IMG/VR virus record: IMGVR_UViG_3300037249_000709
Span: 64,001 to 128,000 of that record
DNA length: 64,000 nucleotides
Direction: 5' to 3' (one strand)
Origin: a virus
Taxonomy: Duplodnaviria; Caudoviricetes
The notes under the pieces were generated by a model. That model was given only the letters and a program-made list of their open reading frames with translations. It made no database searches and was not told the origin of the DNA. The position numbers were made by a program, and so were the translations under genes. Below, piece by piece: positions 50,530 through 62,300 of the stretch; the stretch's first letter is position 1, and each line of letters begins with the position of its first letter.

Positions 50530-51351
50530 ATGTTTGCAACAGACTTTATTTATGACAATATCCAACTTTCTTCAAAAGGGTATATTGTATGTGATTTTGA
50601 CGCGCCAAACGGAGTAAATGTGGTTGATATTGGTTCTAATATTACATTCAATAAAGTCAAAAGAGATGGCGGACGAATTTATACTCTTGCAAGCGCAACC
50701 TATGAGGAATGTGTTACTGCAACCTTTGATATATGTAAAGATGATGAAAATTTCGACAAAAGTGATATGGGGTTATCAACAGAAGAATTTAGAGAGATAG
50801 TACAATGGTTAAATCGTAGAGAATTTCTGCCGTTCAGAATTATTGACAATAAAGATACTGTTTGTTGGTATAATGCAAGTTTTAATGTAGATAAGATAAT
50901 TGTCGGCGACAAAATTTGCGGGGCAAGACTGACAATGGAAACAGACAAACCATTTGGTTTTGGTGATACTTATACAGAAAGTCATACATATGGCAGCGAT
51001 AAGGCGGTGTGGAAAGTACCCAACAAATCAAACGAAATTGGCTACCTCTACCCTACCGTTAATATTCATTGTTTAGCAAGTGGAGAGTTACGCATATTCA
51101 ACGAAATGGAGCATTGCGAAACGGTTATTAAGAACTGTCAACTTGGAGAGAACATTGAAATAAACGGTGCAACTCAAACAATTAGTTCAGATGTAGCAAG
51201 TCATAAAATAAATAATGATTTTAATTGGGAGTTCCCTCGTTTGGGAGTAAGAATAAAAGATGGACAAGTGCAGCGCTATAATAACATAACCGTTAGCCAG
51301 ATATGTAGTATCACTATTGTTTATACGCCCATAGTTAAAGATTTACCATAA
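50530..51351 (+). CDS. distal tail protein (Dit)
   Basis: position after TMP; IVQWLNRREF, TDKPFGF and DFNWEFPRL motifs. Confidence 0.75.
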   Translation: MFATDFIYDNIQLSSKGYIVCDFDAPNGVNVVDIGSNITFNKVKRDGGRIYTLASATYEECVTATFDICKDDENFDKSDMGLSTEEFREIVQWLNRREFLPFRIIDNKDTVCWYNASFNVDKIIVGDKICGARLTMETDKPFGFGDTYTESHTYGSDKAVWKVPNKSNEIGYLYPTVNIHCLASGELRIFNEMEHCETVIKNCQLGENIEINGATQTISSDVASHKINNDFNWEFPRLGVRIKDGQVQRYNNITVSQICSITIVYTPIVKDLP

Positions 51352-51369
51352 GAAAGGAGGGTGTGTGAT

Positions 51370-54300
51370 GTGGCAATAAAAATTGATTTTGATTCATCGT
51401 ACAATGTAATCTCTCCAACACTTGTGTTGGCTACAAGAAACGGCGAAAAACTTGGCGGTATTATTTACCACAATCTTATTGCAAAAGATGCTATAAGAAA
51501 TTCGATGGAGATGTCTTTTTCTGTTTACAAGAGCGACTATTCGGAAGCAAATCATAACTCCAACTTGTGGTCTGCTATTACCGATTTTAAACTTGTATGG
51601 GTTAAAGAATGGAATAGTTTTTTTGAGATAACTGTTAGCATAGACGAAGAAGAAACAACTATAAAAGAAATAACAGCTGTTTCGTTGGGCGAAGCAGAAT
51701 TGTCACAAATCAATTTATATAATACTGAAATTAACACGGAAAATGACATTGCACGAGAGGATTATGAGCCGACTGTTTTATATAAACCAGACAATCCGAA
51801 TGCTTCACTTTTACATCGTATCACAGAGAAAGTACCGCATTACACGATAGCGCACGTTGATTCTTCTATTAGCAATATTCAACGCACATTTACTTTTGAT
51901 GACAAGAGTATATACGATGCTTTTCAAGAAATTGCAGAAGAAATAGAATGCGTATTTGAGGTCGAATGCAAAGGTGAAGATAATCACGGAATACAGCGAA
52001 ACATCTATGTTTATGACTTGAAGGACTATGGCAAAGATACCAACATTTTATTAACTACCGATGTTTTGGCAGATAATATACACTATTCAATAGATACTGG
52101 AGCTGTAAAAAACTGTTTTCGCTTAGAGGGCGGCGATGACTTAATGACCGCAACCATAAGGAACTGCAATCCAAACGGTAGCGGTTATATATGGTATATT
52201 TCTGATGAATTAAAATCGGATATGTCAGACGAGCTTGTTGAACGGTTGCAATCATATAATGATTTCTATGATTATTACCAAAATACATACGACCCTTTTG
52301 CACCATCAACTACAGGTCTTTCGGAAACAGATGCTCAAAAGATTAGTAGTAAAATAACAAGCAATGCTACTTTAAGGACTAAATACAACAACCTTGTAGA
52401 TAAGTATTCTACTTATTCTACTGATTATCAAAAAATCGAATCTCCATTAGTAGGTTATCCAAGCATAATGGAAGCCTATTATAATACGGTGGATTTCTAT
52501 TATTACCTTAATAACAGTCTAATGCCAACGGTTGCTATGTCTGACACGACCGCAAAAAAGGAAGCCGAAAAACTAACATTCCAAAGTTTAAAGAATACAG
52601 CGGTACAGAATTTATCTGGCACAACATCTGTTGCAACCGTATCATCGGCAATTCTGGCTATGGCAAAAGCAATCATTGATATAAGATACCAAACAAAAAT
52701 TGTTGATGAAACCGCAACTTTCACATATTCGGCAACAGGTTCTTCAACTTGGAAAGGCGATATTAAAGTAACAAATTACTCAGATGAAGAAGATACATAT
52801 ACTATTTCTCTAAGAGGCATTACGATTAGTTCAGATTACTCAAATTTTATTCAACAGAAATTGAAAGTTGCATTGGCAAACACAAGAGAAGATACTATCG
52901 CCAGTATTGATAAATTGTTTGAACTTGATGATAGTCAATTTAAAGGTAAGCTAAAAGAATATTCTCTACAACGATTAAAGGCTTTTCACGATGCCTGTCA
53001 AGGTTGTATTGACGTGTTAATTCAGCAAGGTGTGGCTGACAACAATAATACAGAATCTACTTTATATAAAAAAATCTATCTTCCCTATTACAACAAATTG
53101 GGTTATATTCAATCTGAAATGGATGTTAGGCAAGACGAAATATATGTAGTGGCAGGAAAATATGATTCCGATGGCGGATTGGTCGAAGAAGGTATGCAAG
53201 TCCTATTAGAAAGAGAAAGAGATGCCATACAATCTAATTTGGATTTTCAAAAATACTTGGGTGATTCGCTTTGGAAAGAATTTGTAGCATATCGCAGAGA
53301 AGATACATATTCCAACACAAACTATGTTTCGGACGGCTTGGGCAACAATGAGTTGTTTACAAGGGCAATGGAATTTATTGAAACTGCAAAAGAAGAAATT
53401 GAAAAGTCTGCCACTAAGCAACACACTATTGATGCCACACTAAGAAATCTTTTGGTAATGAAAGAATTTGCTCCAATAGTTAAAAATTTTACAGTTGGAA
53501 ATTGGCTAAGAATAAAAGTAGACGGAAAACTATTCAAGTTGCGTTTAGTGGATTATCAGATTGACTTTGAGAATCTTGAAAATATTGATATAACTTTCTC
53601 TGATATTGCCTTAGATAATGGTAACGAGGTTAAGAGTGTTTTAAATCAAGCATCAAGTATGGCAACAAGCTATAATTCTGTGTCAAGGCAAGCCCGTAGA
53701 GCCGACAAAAATTCAGCAATGGTTGAAAATTGGGTGGACGATGGTTTATCCTTGACCACAACCAAAATTGTTGACAAAGCTGACAATCAAGAGGTGTCTT
53801 GGGATAAGCACGGACTGATTTGCCGAGAATACGATGCCTTAACTGATTCTTATAGTGACAAGCAAGTAAAACTAATCAACAAAGGTGTATATATCACAGA
53901 CAATGGTTGGAGAACGGCAAAGGCAGGCATCGGCAACTTCACATTCTTCAACCCTGCGGCTAACAATGGCGACGGTGAATACCAAGAGGCTTATGGTGTT
54001 ATTGCCGATACGATAGTTGGTAATGTTATTTTAGGAAAGAATGTCGGTATTTACAACACTAAAAATAGTATTACTATGGATGAAAACGGTTTCACTTTAA
54101 CGACTGACGGAACTGGCAGCGATGACCCTCAGTCTGTTTTTACTATCCGGCGTAAGACGGTCAATAATGGCGTTAAATCTTTTAAAGATATGTTCTACAT
54201 TGACTCAAATGGTTTTGTCACAATCAATGGTGGCGTGAAAATCGACATTGATGGGCAAAGCGGTAATTCGACTATGGTAGAAATGGTAGATGGGAAAATT

Positions 54301-56757
54301 ACAACACATATAACAGATGAGCTGGCTGATGGTGGGTTGATAGAAAGCTCCATTTCCCAAACAGCAGAAAGTATCACAAGTACAGTTAGTGCAACATACG
54401 AAACAAAAACAGATTCAAATAGCAAAAAGACTGCGTTGGAATCATCTATTAGACAAACTGCGTCTAACATAGCGAGTACGGTTAAAGCCACATCTGGCTG
54501 GGATATTTCTTCTCTTGGTTATACAATAAATCTGATTGGAACTATTGATAGAGGTAACGACCATTCTGCTATTGGTGACTATATAGCGGGAGAACATATC
54601 GGAGAATTTTATCTTAATGATTTGACGGGTCACGTTTATGAGTCAAAATTAGAATCTGGCAGCACCACTAATTATGCTTGGTGGTGGAAAGCAAATTTAA
54701 CAAGAGCAGATTCAAGCATTTATTCACGGATTGACCAGACTGCAAACTCTATTACAAGTACGGTAAGTTCTGCTGTTAGCAAGTATGACACTTCTGGTTA
54801 CACAATTACATTATACGGATATGGTACTCCTGCCGACAATGGTTATGCTGCTTCAAGTTATAATGGAAAATACTATTTAGACCAAAAGACAGGAAAACTG
54901 TACTTGTCAAACGGAAGTGCGTGGAACAATCCCGCAACACTAAGTCTTATTACTGACAATCTTAATTCTCAGATTACGCAAACAGCAAAAGAAATAAAAA
55001 GTACAGTTAGTAAAGCATTGCATAAGTACGATGAATCTGGTTACACAATTACATTATACGGATATGGTACTCCTGCCGACAATGGTTATGCTGCTTCAAG
55101 TTATAATGGAAAATACTATCTGAATCAGAATAATGGTAAATTATATTTATCAAATGGTAGTTCTTGGAGTAATTCAGCAACATTGACTTTATTATCAGAT
55201 GTACTTGACGATTCTATTTCTGAAATCTCACAAACAGCAGACCAAATCAAAATGAATGTATCAACATCTGTAAGCCAATACAATCTATCAAGTTTTAGCG
55301 GTGTAATTTCTGTGTTCGGATATGGTGCGCCCACAGCAAGTAATCCTTCTGCATCAACATATAACAATCAATACTACTTGAATCAATCTAACGGACAGAT
55401 TTATAAATCTAATGGTAGTAGTTGGTCTACTTATGGCAACCCATTAAGTGTTATAAGTGGTAGTTGGCAATCCCAAATTACCGCAAATGCAAATGCAATT
55501 ACTTCAAAGGTAGGCTCTGCGGATGTACATACTATTATTCAGCAAACGCCAGAAGATGTTAGGATAGCTTGGAATAAAATTTCAAAATATGTTTCTTTTG
55601 CAAACGCTGCATTAAATATTTATGACGGTACATCGCAGGGAGTGTCCCACCTACTTATGAGATTAAATAGTGATGGGTTAAGCTATTATGATTACAATTC
55701 TTCTGCGGCGTATTCGTTGCAGGTGCTTGGAACACCTGAGAGTACGGGTTATTCTGCAAGCAACTATGCGGGGAAATACTATCAAAATCTAAGCAACAAC
55801 GATGTGTATTTGTCTGATGGTGTTAATTGGAGAAAAGTAGATGGACTTGGTAGTCGATTTAATATGAGAACGAATAGAAATGGTGCGTTCTATTATTACG
55901 AAGGGCTACAGCTTGGAAAAATTGGTACTAACACAATGGGAACAGACCATGCCAATCACTCAGTAAGGGGATTAGTTTTTGATTTAGAGCCTTATGCTCA
56001 ATATATGACTTGGGCGGCGAGAGATGACGTGTCTGATGGATATGGCATTAAATTTACTTATTTTAGAGAGGGTGTTACATTTACAAGCGGGAGTAGTTAC
56101 TCACGAGGATTTTATTTTGATGACGATGTTTATTTCCGCGACAATGTTCAAATGAATGGTAATACGCTATATCTCAATTCTGCATCAAGTTCGTATATTG
56201 GATTTAATAGTGGTGGTGCATTACAAATAGTAGGCACATCAGATAAGGCTTTAACACTAACTGGATATGGTAGCAAAAGCATAAGCATTGGTGGTAGTGG
56301 AGTCAGCATCAATACAGATGTAACCGTTACTGGAACAGTAACATCAGGCTCGGATGCGCGACTTAAAACAAATATTGTGGATAGTAGAACAAATGCCCTT
56401 TCACTTCTATCCGATATAGAGTTAAAAGAATTTGATTGGCTTTCCGATGGCTCTCATACCAGTGTGGGTATTATTGCACAGCAGTTGAAAGAAGTTATAC
56501 CTGAATTGGTACACGAGAATCCAGAAACAGGAATGCTATCAATCAAAGTAGATAGGTTCATTCCGTTTTTAGTAAAATCCATCCAAGAGTTATATGTTCT
56601 TTGTGGTGGTAAAAAGCAGAAAAATAAAAATGGGTGGACAGATATTTTATCTGACAAAGATAAACGTGCATTTGCTTCGTCTATATTAAACAATAAACCT
56701 CAACAGCCAGTCAAGCCTCCGAAAACAAAAGAAGAAATTATTTTATTAAATAAATGA
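51370..56757 (+). CDS. tail spike/Tal-like protein with internal repeats and C-terminal Peptidase S74 chaperone
   Basis: follows Dit; ITQTA repeats; SDARLKTNI...GIIAQ. Confidence 0.8.
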   Translation: MAIKIDFDSSYNVISPTLVLATRNGEKLGGIIYHNLIAKDAIRNSMEMSFSVYKSDYSEANHNSNLWSAITDFKLVWVKEWNSFFEITVSIDEEETTIKEITAVSLGEAELSQINLYNTEINTENDIAREDYEPTVLYKPDNPNASLLHRITEKVPHYTIAHVDSSISNIQRTFTFDDKSIYDAFQEIAEEIECVFEVECKGEDNHGIQRNIYVYDLKDYGKDTNILLTTDVLADNIHYSIDTGAVKNCFRLEGGDDLMTATIRNCNPNGSGYIWYISDELKSDMSDELVERLQSYNDFYDYYQNTYDPFAPSTTGLSETDAQKISSKITSNATLRTKYNNLVDKYSTYSTDYQKIESPLVGYPSIMEAYYNTVDFYYYLNNSLMPTVAMSDTTAKKEAEKLTFQSLKNTAVQNLSGTTSVATVSSAILAMAKAIIDIRYQTKIVDETATFTYSATGSSTWKGDIKVTNYSDEEDTYTISLRGITISSDYSNFIQQKLKVALANTREDTIASIDKLFELDDSQFKGKLKEYSLQRLKAFHDACQGCIDVLIQQGVADNNNTESTLYKKIYLPYYNKLGYIQSEMDVRQDEIYVVAGKYDSDGGLVEEGMQVLLERERDAIQSNLDFQKYLGDSLWKEFVAYRREDTYSNTNYVSDGLGNNELFTRAMEFIETAKEEIEKSATKQHTIDATLRNLLVMKEFAPIVKNFTVGNWLRIKVDGKLFKLRLVDYQIDFENLENIDITFSDIALDNGNEVKSVLNQASSMATSYNSVSRQARRADKNSAMVENWVDDGLSLTTTKIVDKADNQEVSWDKHGLICREYDALTDSYSDKQVKLINKGVYITDNGWRTAKAGIGNFTFFNPAANNGDGEYQEAYGVIADTIVGNVILGKNVGIYNTKNSITMDENGFTLTTDGTGSDDPQSVFTIRRKTVNNGVKSFKDMFYIDSNGFVTINGGVKIDIDGQSGNSTMVEMVDGKITTHITDELADGGLIESSISQTAESITSTVSATYETKTDSNSKKTALESSIRQTASNIASTVKATSGWDISSLGYTINLIGTIDRGNDHSAIGDYIAGEHIGEFYLNDLTGHVYESKLESGSTTNYAWWWKANLTRADSSIYSRIDQTANSITSTVSSAVSKYDTSGYTITLYGYGTPADNGYAASSYNGKYYLDQKTGKLYLSNGSAWNNPATLSLITDNLNSQITQTAKEIKSTVSKALHKYDESGYTITLYGYGTPADNGYAASSYNGKYYLNQNNGKLYLSNGSSWSNSATLTLLSDVLDDSISEISQTADQIKMNVSTSVSQYNLSSFSGVISVFGYGAPTASNPSASTYNNQYYLNQSNGQIYKSNGSSWSTYGNPLSVISGSWQSQITANANAITSKVGSADVHTIIQQTPEDVRIAWNKISKYVSFANAALNIYDGTSQGVSHLLMRLNSDGLSYYDYNSSAAYSLQVLGTPESTGYSASNYAGKYYQNLSNNDVYLSDGVNWRKVDGLGSRFNMRTNRNGAFYYYEGLQLGKIGTNTMGTDHANHSVRGLVFDLEPYAQYMTWAARDDVSDGYGIKFTYFREGVTFTSGSSYSRGFYFDDDVYFRDNVQMNGNTLYLNSASSSYIGFNSGGALQIVGTSDKALTLTGYGSKSISIGGSGVSINTDVTVTGTVTSGSDARLKTNIVDSRTNALSLLSDIELKEFDWLSDGSHTSVGIIAQQLKEVIPELVHENPETGMLSIKVDRFIPFLVKSIQELYVLCGGKKQKNKNGWTDILSDKDKRAFASSILNNKPQQPVKPPKTKEEIILLNK
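54793..55119 (+). repeat. exact 84-bp direct repeat in the tail spike gene
   Basis: 54793-54876 equals 55036-55119 (SGYTITLYGYGTPADNGYAASSYNGKYY). Confidence 0.9.
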
Positions 56758-56780
56758 GAAGAAAAGAAAAGGGGAAATAT

Positions 56781-57014
56781 ATGAATCAGTCTATTTCTGC
56801 CGCCCTTTCTGCGGCAAAAATGCAATTAACAAGTACACTTAACAAAATTATTAGTGAGGGCGAATTGCCTTCTCAACTTTATGAAAGTGTGCTTTTGGAA
56901 ATGCTATTAGAGATTAAACAACAGAAGGTATCGGAACTTGCGATTGAAAATATTCAATTACATAATCGCATTTCTAAGCTTGAAAAAGGTGAATCCAATG
57001 AAAAGCAAGATTGA
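56781..57014 (+). CDS. hypothetical protein
   Basis: ATG after AAGGGG RBS. Confidence 0.6.
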   Translation: MNQSISAALSAAKMQLTSTLNKIISEGELPSQLYESVLLEMLLEIKQQKVSELAIENIQLHNRISKLEKGESNEKQD

Positions 57015-57270
57015 ATTTAGTAAAGTCTTAGCAATATATCTCTTAATTCTATTGACCGCCATTGTAGTTTTTACAATGGCGGCAATTTGGCATTTTGGGG
57101 ATTTATCATATTTAAATGTTTTAATTACTGATATTGCCGCACAAATACTTGTTTATATGATTTACTGCGTTAAGGCATATCACGGCAAAAAGTCAGAAGA
57201 AAAACTAAAATTTGAGAAAGAGAAAATTGAGAATTGTATTAACACAAATGCAGATGATGAAGTTGGTTGA
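56998..57270 (+). CDS. holin-like two-TM protein
   Basis: EFSK plus two hydrophobic helices, in the lysis cluster. Confidence 0.6.
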   Translation: MKSKIEFSKVLAIYLLILLTAIVVFTMAAIWHFGDLSYLNVLITDIAAQILVYMIYCVKAYHGKKSEEKLKFEKEKIENCINTNADDEVG

Positions 57271-57284
57271 AAGGAGGCTTGAAT

Positions 57285-57647
57285 ATGGGAGTAAAGATAT
57301 TTGAGTTTATTCGTGAGAATTGGTTTGTCATTGTAATTTCTGTGGCTGTTGTTATTTACACGGTCGAAGAATTGCTAATACTTAGCAAAGAAGAAAAAGT
57401 TGCGGCTGCAAAATACATAATTGCAGTTAGCATAGATGCCATTGTTGCCGAAGCTGAATTAAAATTTGCCGACTATGAAAAAGCTGGACATCTCAAAAGG
57501 TCTTACGTTATTCAAACGATTTACGAAAAACACCCTGAACTCAACAAAGTTATCGAACAAGAGGAAATTCTTGACTGGATTGATAAACTAATTGAAAATT
57601 CGGTAGCAAGATTAAAAACAACCATATCCGATATTGACAGAAAGTGA
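57285..57647 (+). CDS. putative holin
   Basis: N-terminal TM; VAEAE..GHLKRSYV..IENSV pattern. Confidence 0.6.
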   Translation: MGVKIFEFIRENWFVIVISVAVVIYTVEELLILSKEEKVAAAKYIIAVSIDAIVAEAELKFADYEKAGHLKRSYVIQTIYEKHPELNKVIEQEEILDWIDKLIENSVARLKTTISDIDRK

Positions 57648-57655
57648 GGTAAATT

Positions 57656-58747
57656 ATGAGTATCACAATTAAAAAGCAGACAAGCTATAACAAGGTAAAT
57701 TATTGCCCAAATAGAAACATCAAATACATAGTAATTCACTATACGGCGGGTTCAACTTCAAGAGCAGGCTCGGCAGTAAACACAGCAAACTTTTGGGCAA
57801 CATCCCCTTACGAGGGTTCTGCTGATTTTGCCGTAGACGATGCAACAATCGTACAATATAACCCCGATTTAAACAACTATTTATGTTGGCATTGCGGCGA
57901 TGGCTACAATAGCGGAACAGGTGGTGGAAAGTATTATGGGGTTTGTACAAACGCCAACTCAATCGGTATAGAAATCTGCTCCAATAATAATAATTATAGC
58001 GCAAGTGACCCGTGGAACTCGCCTAAATGGTATTTTACAGATAGCGAAGTAACCAATGCCGTTGAACTAACTAAGTATCTTATGGCAAAATACAATGTTG
58101 ATGCCGCTCACGTTATTCGTCACTATGATGTTTCTGGAAAAGTTTGTCCGGGCGTTCTTGGTTGGAATACATATAATGGCAGTAACGAGAACAAGTGGCT
58201 CGATTTCAAGAAGCGTATTGGCAGTACAACTTCTACCACAAATACAACTACGAGCAGTAAAACTTCTACGGTTACTGTAACTAATAAGCAGACTACTTCC
58301 ACGAATAGCACGACTATCAAAGCTGGTTCGGCTGTAAAGATTGCAAGTAATGCTACATATTATGACGGCAAAGCTATCCCCTCTTGGGTTAAAGCTAAAA
58401 CTTGGATTGTAAAATCCATTAGTGGCGATAGAGTTGTTATTGACAAATCTAAGGATGGGCAAAATTCTATTATGAGTGCAATCAACAAGAAATATATTTC
58501 TTTGGCAAAGGCAGCAGCAACATCAACTACTACGACAAATAAGTTCACAGAATATAAAGTTAGAGTTACAGCAAGTGCATTAAACATCCGCAAGGGTGCT
58601 GGCACAAATTATGCTATTACAGGAACTATTACAGACAAGGGTGTTTACACTATTGTTGGTGAAGCTACCGGAACGGGTGCTACTAAATGGCTGAAATTAA
58701 AATCGGGGGCTGGCTACATTGCAAGCGACTACACGAAGAAAGTTTGA
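57656..58747 (+). CDS. endolysin: N-acetylmuramoyl-L-alanine amidase plus SH3b
   Basis: IVIHYTA, WHCGD, SIGIEIC, IRHYDVSGKVCPG; LNIRKGAGTNY. Confidence 0.9.
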   Translation: MSITIKKQTSYNKVNYCPNRNIKYIVIHYTAGSTSRAGSAVNTANFWATSPYEGSADFAVDDATIVQYNPDLNNYLCWHCGDGYNSGTGGGKYYGVCTNANSIGIEICSNNNNYSASDPWNSPKWYFTDSEVTNAVELTKYLMAKYNVDAAHVIRHYDVSGKVCPGVLGWNTYNGSNENKWLDFKKRIGSTTSTTNTTTSSKTSTVTVTNKQTTSTNSTTIKAGSAVKIASNATYYDGKAIPSWVKAKTWIVKSISGDRVVIDKSKDGQNSIMSAINKKYISLAKAAATSTTTTNKFTEYKVRVTASALNIRKGAGTNYAITGTITDKGVYTIVGEATGTGATKWLKLKSGAGYIASDYTKKV

Positions 58748-58757
58748 GGTGTAGTCA

Positions 58758-59216
58758 ATGGACACTAAGTCTGTCTGGGATTTACTGTCCAGCATTTCAA
58801 TAGGAACGGCGATAGCGTGGATAACTGTTATCTTCGCTATCATAGCGTTCTTTTGTACTGGAACGGTAAAGACATACCAGTTATTTGAAAAATATAAACA
58901 AGCAAAGGATAAAACTGAAAAACAAGAAAGCGTCATCGAAAGCCACGACAACACTTTAAAAGACATAAACAATACACTTCAAGAAATTAAAGAATCACTT
59001 GACGAGCAGAAAGAGGTTAATCTCAAACAAATAAGACACACCATTGTACATACTTGTGAGGAAGCTCTGGAAAAAGGTCAAATCTCCATAAACAAATTGC
59101 GCTCGTTAGAGGAAATGTACGAAGAATATGTAGGCATTTTTCACGGCAATGGTTATGTCAAAACATTGGTTATCAAGGTGCGCAAATTGAAAGTAGTTGG
59201 CAAATTAGATGATTAG
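58758..59216 (+). CDS. membrane protein in the lysis cluster
   Basis: one TM, coiled coil, Y..Y....GNG motif. Confidence 0.65.
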   Translation: MDTKSVWDLLSSISIGTAIAWITVIFAIIAFFCTGTVKTYQLFEKYKQAKDKTEKQESVIESHDNTLKDINNTLQEIKESLDEQKEVNLKQIRHTIVHTCEEALEKGQISINKLRSLEEMYEEYVGIFHGNGYVKTLVIKVRKLKVVGKLDD

Positions 59217-59233
59217 TAAATAAAAGTGTAGTT

Positions 59234-59242
59234 TTATCCACA
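59234..59242 (+). promoter_or_regulatory. DnaA box
   Basis: perfect TTATCCACA. Confidence 0.5.
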
Positions 59243-59247
59243 TTTCG

Positions 59248-59294
59248 CCACTATATATTGTGTTGTTTATTTGCTATATCACAATATATAGTGG
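59248..59294. promoter_or_regulatory. tandem NrdR boxes
   Basis: CCACTATATATTGTGT (59248) and TCACAATATATAGTGG (59279), 31 bp apart. Confidence 0.75.
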
Positions 59295-59338
59295 AATGTA
59301 GTTGAAATTATTTTATTAAGTTTAATTTAGGAGGATGT

Positions 59339-62300
59339 ATGGATATTTTAGTTGATGTAGTTAATCAAAGACTACATACTGCTACAAGTCTAACTAAATT
59401 CATTGCAGGAACGCAAGAGTTTATTAGATTTGTTTTTAACCTTGATAGTGACTGGGAAAACCTTTTGACTTTTGCTCAGTTCACTCAAAATGGAGAATCT
59501 TACAATCAGCTTTTAGATGAAGATAAGGGTGCATATCTTCCACCGGAAATCTCAGTAGGTACTTGTACGCTTACACTTTATGGCAGCTATGAAAACAAAC
59601 GAGCTACAACAGATTATTTAACATTAGAAATATCTGAAAACAATTTTACCGCAGACGCTAACTCTACGGAAATAACATTATCATTGTATGAACAGTTGGC
59701 AACAGAAGTCCATTCGTTAAGCACATGGAAAAACCAATTTAGAGCTGATTATTCCGAGGCTGATTCGGCTTTACAGCAACAAATCAACACCAAGGCAAAT
59801 CAGGCGGATTTACAAAGCGAAATTTCAACTGCAAGAGCAGCCGAACAAGCAAACGCCTCTGCCCTATTATTAAAAGCAGACAAATCCAAGGTAGCAGAAT
59901 TAGAATCAAAAGTTGACCAACTTGCGAACAATGAAGTAGTTGCAAGTGCAATTCAAGAGTCAGTTCAACAAGAGATTGCCGATTATATTTCTAATGGCAC
60001 ATTAGCGAATATGAGTATTGCGGATGGAAGTATCACACGGTCAAAGGTGGACAGTAATTTTGAAGCAACACTTCAAAAAGCGGATTCGGCATTACAAGAT
60101 TCTGATGCAAGCGACATACGTGCTTATGCAAAAGGACAAGTTGATTTGGTTGCTGATGATTTATCAAATTTGCAAACAGAGGTTCAAGGGGCATATAGAT
60201 TGGATAGTACCCATATTTATGCCAACTTAGGAGATGCCGTTAGAGGAGCTATCACAATATCAGAAACAGATTCTAACGCTTATGCAAGGCAGTTATTGCG
60301 TGATTACAAAGCGTTTACAGTTACCATTGTTGATGAGCTTCCTCAAATAGGAGAATCAATGACATTTTATCTTGTACCAAAAAATTCTGGAGCGGGATAT
60401 GACAAGTATTGGTGGATTACCGATGCAACTACAGGTCTTTCTAAGTGGGATGTGTTTGGCAGTTCAACAACCCAAGTTGTAACAACGCTGCCACAAGCAG
60501 GTGATTCTGATGTGGACTACATTTTGCGGACTAATTCAGGCTGTCTTTTTTATAAGTGGATAGATGGAGTGTGGCAAGTTGTTGCTGGTTCAATAGCAAA
60601 AGTAAGTTCTTCGCTGCCGGCAACTGGAGATGAATACACTGATTATTATGTTCTTAATGAATCCGGAGTCTATGTCCATTATCGCTTTATTAATGGGCAA
60701 TTTCATTCAATCGGTACTGAAACCTATACAAGCGATGAATTAGATACTCTACTTGCTGGGATAAGTGATAGAATAGATGGTGTTGCGGCAGATGTGCAGA
60801 CTAATCAAACCAATATATCTTCTTTAAGTAGAACAGTAGATAGGGTCGCAAGTGACCTTGACAATCTTGATGTTGAAGGTTATACATATAGTGCCGCAAT
60901 TTCTCAAAACGACCAAAGTGCTTATGTTTTTACGCTCACAGAAACAAAGGACAACGTAGATACAATCAAGAGCCAGTTTGTATTGCCCAGTGGCGGCGGC
61001 GGTGGTGGTGCTGTTTCAACAACAACACTTACGGTTGAAAAAATAACTCAATCTCCACTTATCATTACTACTACAGACTCAGCAATTATCGAAATAGATT
61101 ATTCTTCTTTGGATGGAGACGGAGAAACCGTTGATGGTACTTACAGTTGGAAATCTGGCAATACCGTAATAATGTCTGGTGCTTTAACGCAAGGCAGAAA
61201 TATTTTTGATTTATCAGAGTTTTGCTCTATTGGAACACAAAAGTTTACACTTATCATCACTGATGAGGGCGGTTCGACCAATGTAAAAACGTGGACTATT
61301 CAGAAGGTTGATGTAAGAATTGAGTCGGCTTTTAACGATAGATACACCACTGCAATAGGTAGAAATGTAGCATTTACTTATACTCCTTATGGTGCAGTAA
61401 ACAAAACTATCCACTTTAAGATTGATGGAGTAGAAACCACCGAAACAACTTCTGCTTCGGGAACATTGCAATCACATACCATTACAGCACAAGAACATGG
61501 CTCTCACCTGTTGGAAGTATGGGCAACGGCAACAATAAATAGTGTACCGATTGAAACAAGCCATATCTACAAAGATATTATATGGTACAATCCCGACAAG
61601 GATGATAATGGAGATTATCAAGAAGCGGTTATTGGGTGCATTTATAGATATGATTACTATGGCAATGTAACAGCAAGACAATATGATACAACATCTATTA
61701 TCTATAATGTGTATGACCCTACGACCAACTATCCTACGGTTAGAAGGTATGTTGATAATGTCCTTGTAGGCACAGAAACTCTAAGCACAGCACAAAACAC
61801 GTGGAACTTTAAATCCGATGACATTGGCTTGCATACATTAAGAATTGTATGTAGAAATACAAGCGTAACAATTAAAGTAAATGTAACAGAATTGGGTATA
61901 GATGTTAATCCAATAACTGGCGGATTAGAAGTAGACTTTAATCCTACTGGTATTACTAATAGTTCAAATAATAGATTATGGAGCAATGAAAATTATGCCA
62001 TGACCGTCTCTCAAAACTTTGACTGGGCTAATGGTGGTTATAGAACGGACGAAAATGGCGACACGTATTTCTTAATTAAAGCTGGAACAAGAGCAATATT
62101 AAATTATAAAATGTTTTCCGGTGGCATTGATGGAAACCCAAGTGTTGTTGGTGGGGAAATAAAAATAGTATTCATGACAGAAAACGTACAAGATGCTAAT
62201 GCTACTTGGTTTACAAATGTAGAAACAACAACAGCAGAGGTTGACGGAAATGTAGTTACGACCAATATGGGTATTCAGATGAATGTCCATGAGGGCTGGC

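Noticed and set aside
54793-55119. Diversity-generating retroelement TR/VR pair
   Set aside because: Copies are identical with no adenine-specific differences, both are in-frame in one gene, and no reverse transcriptase is present
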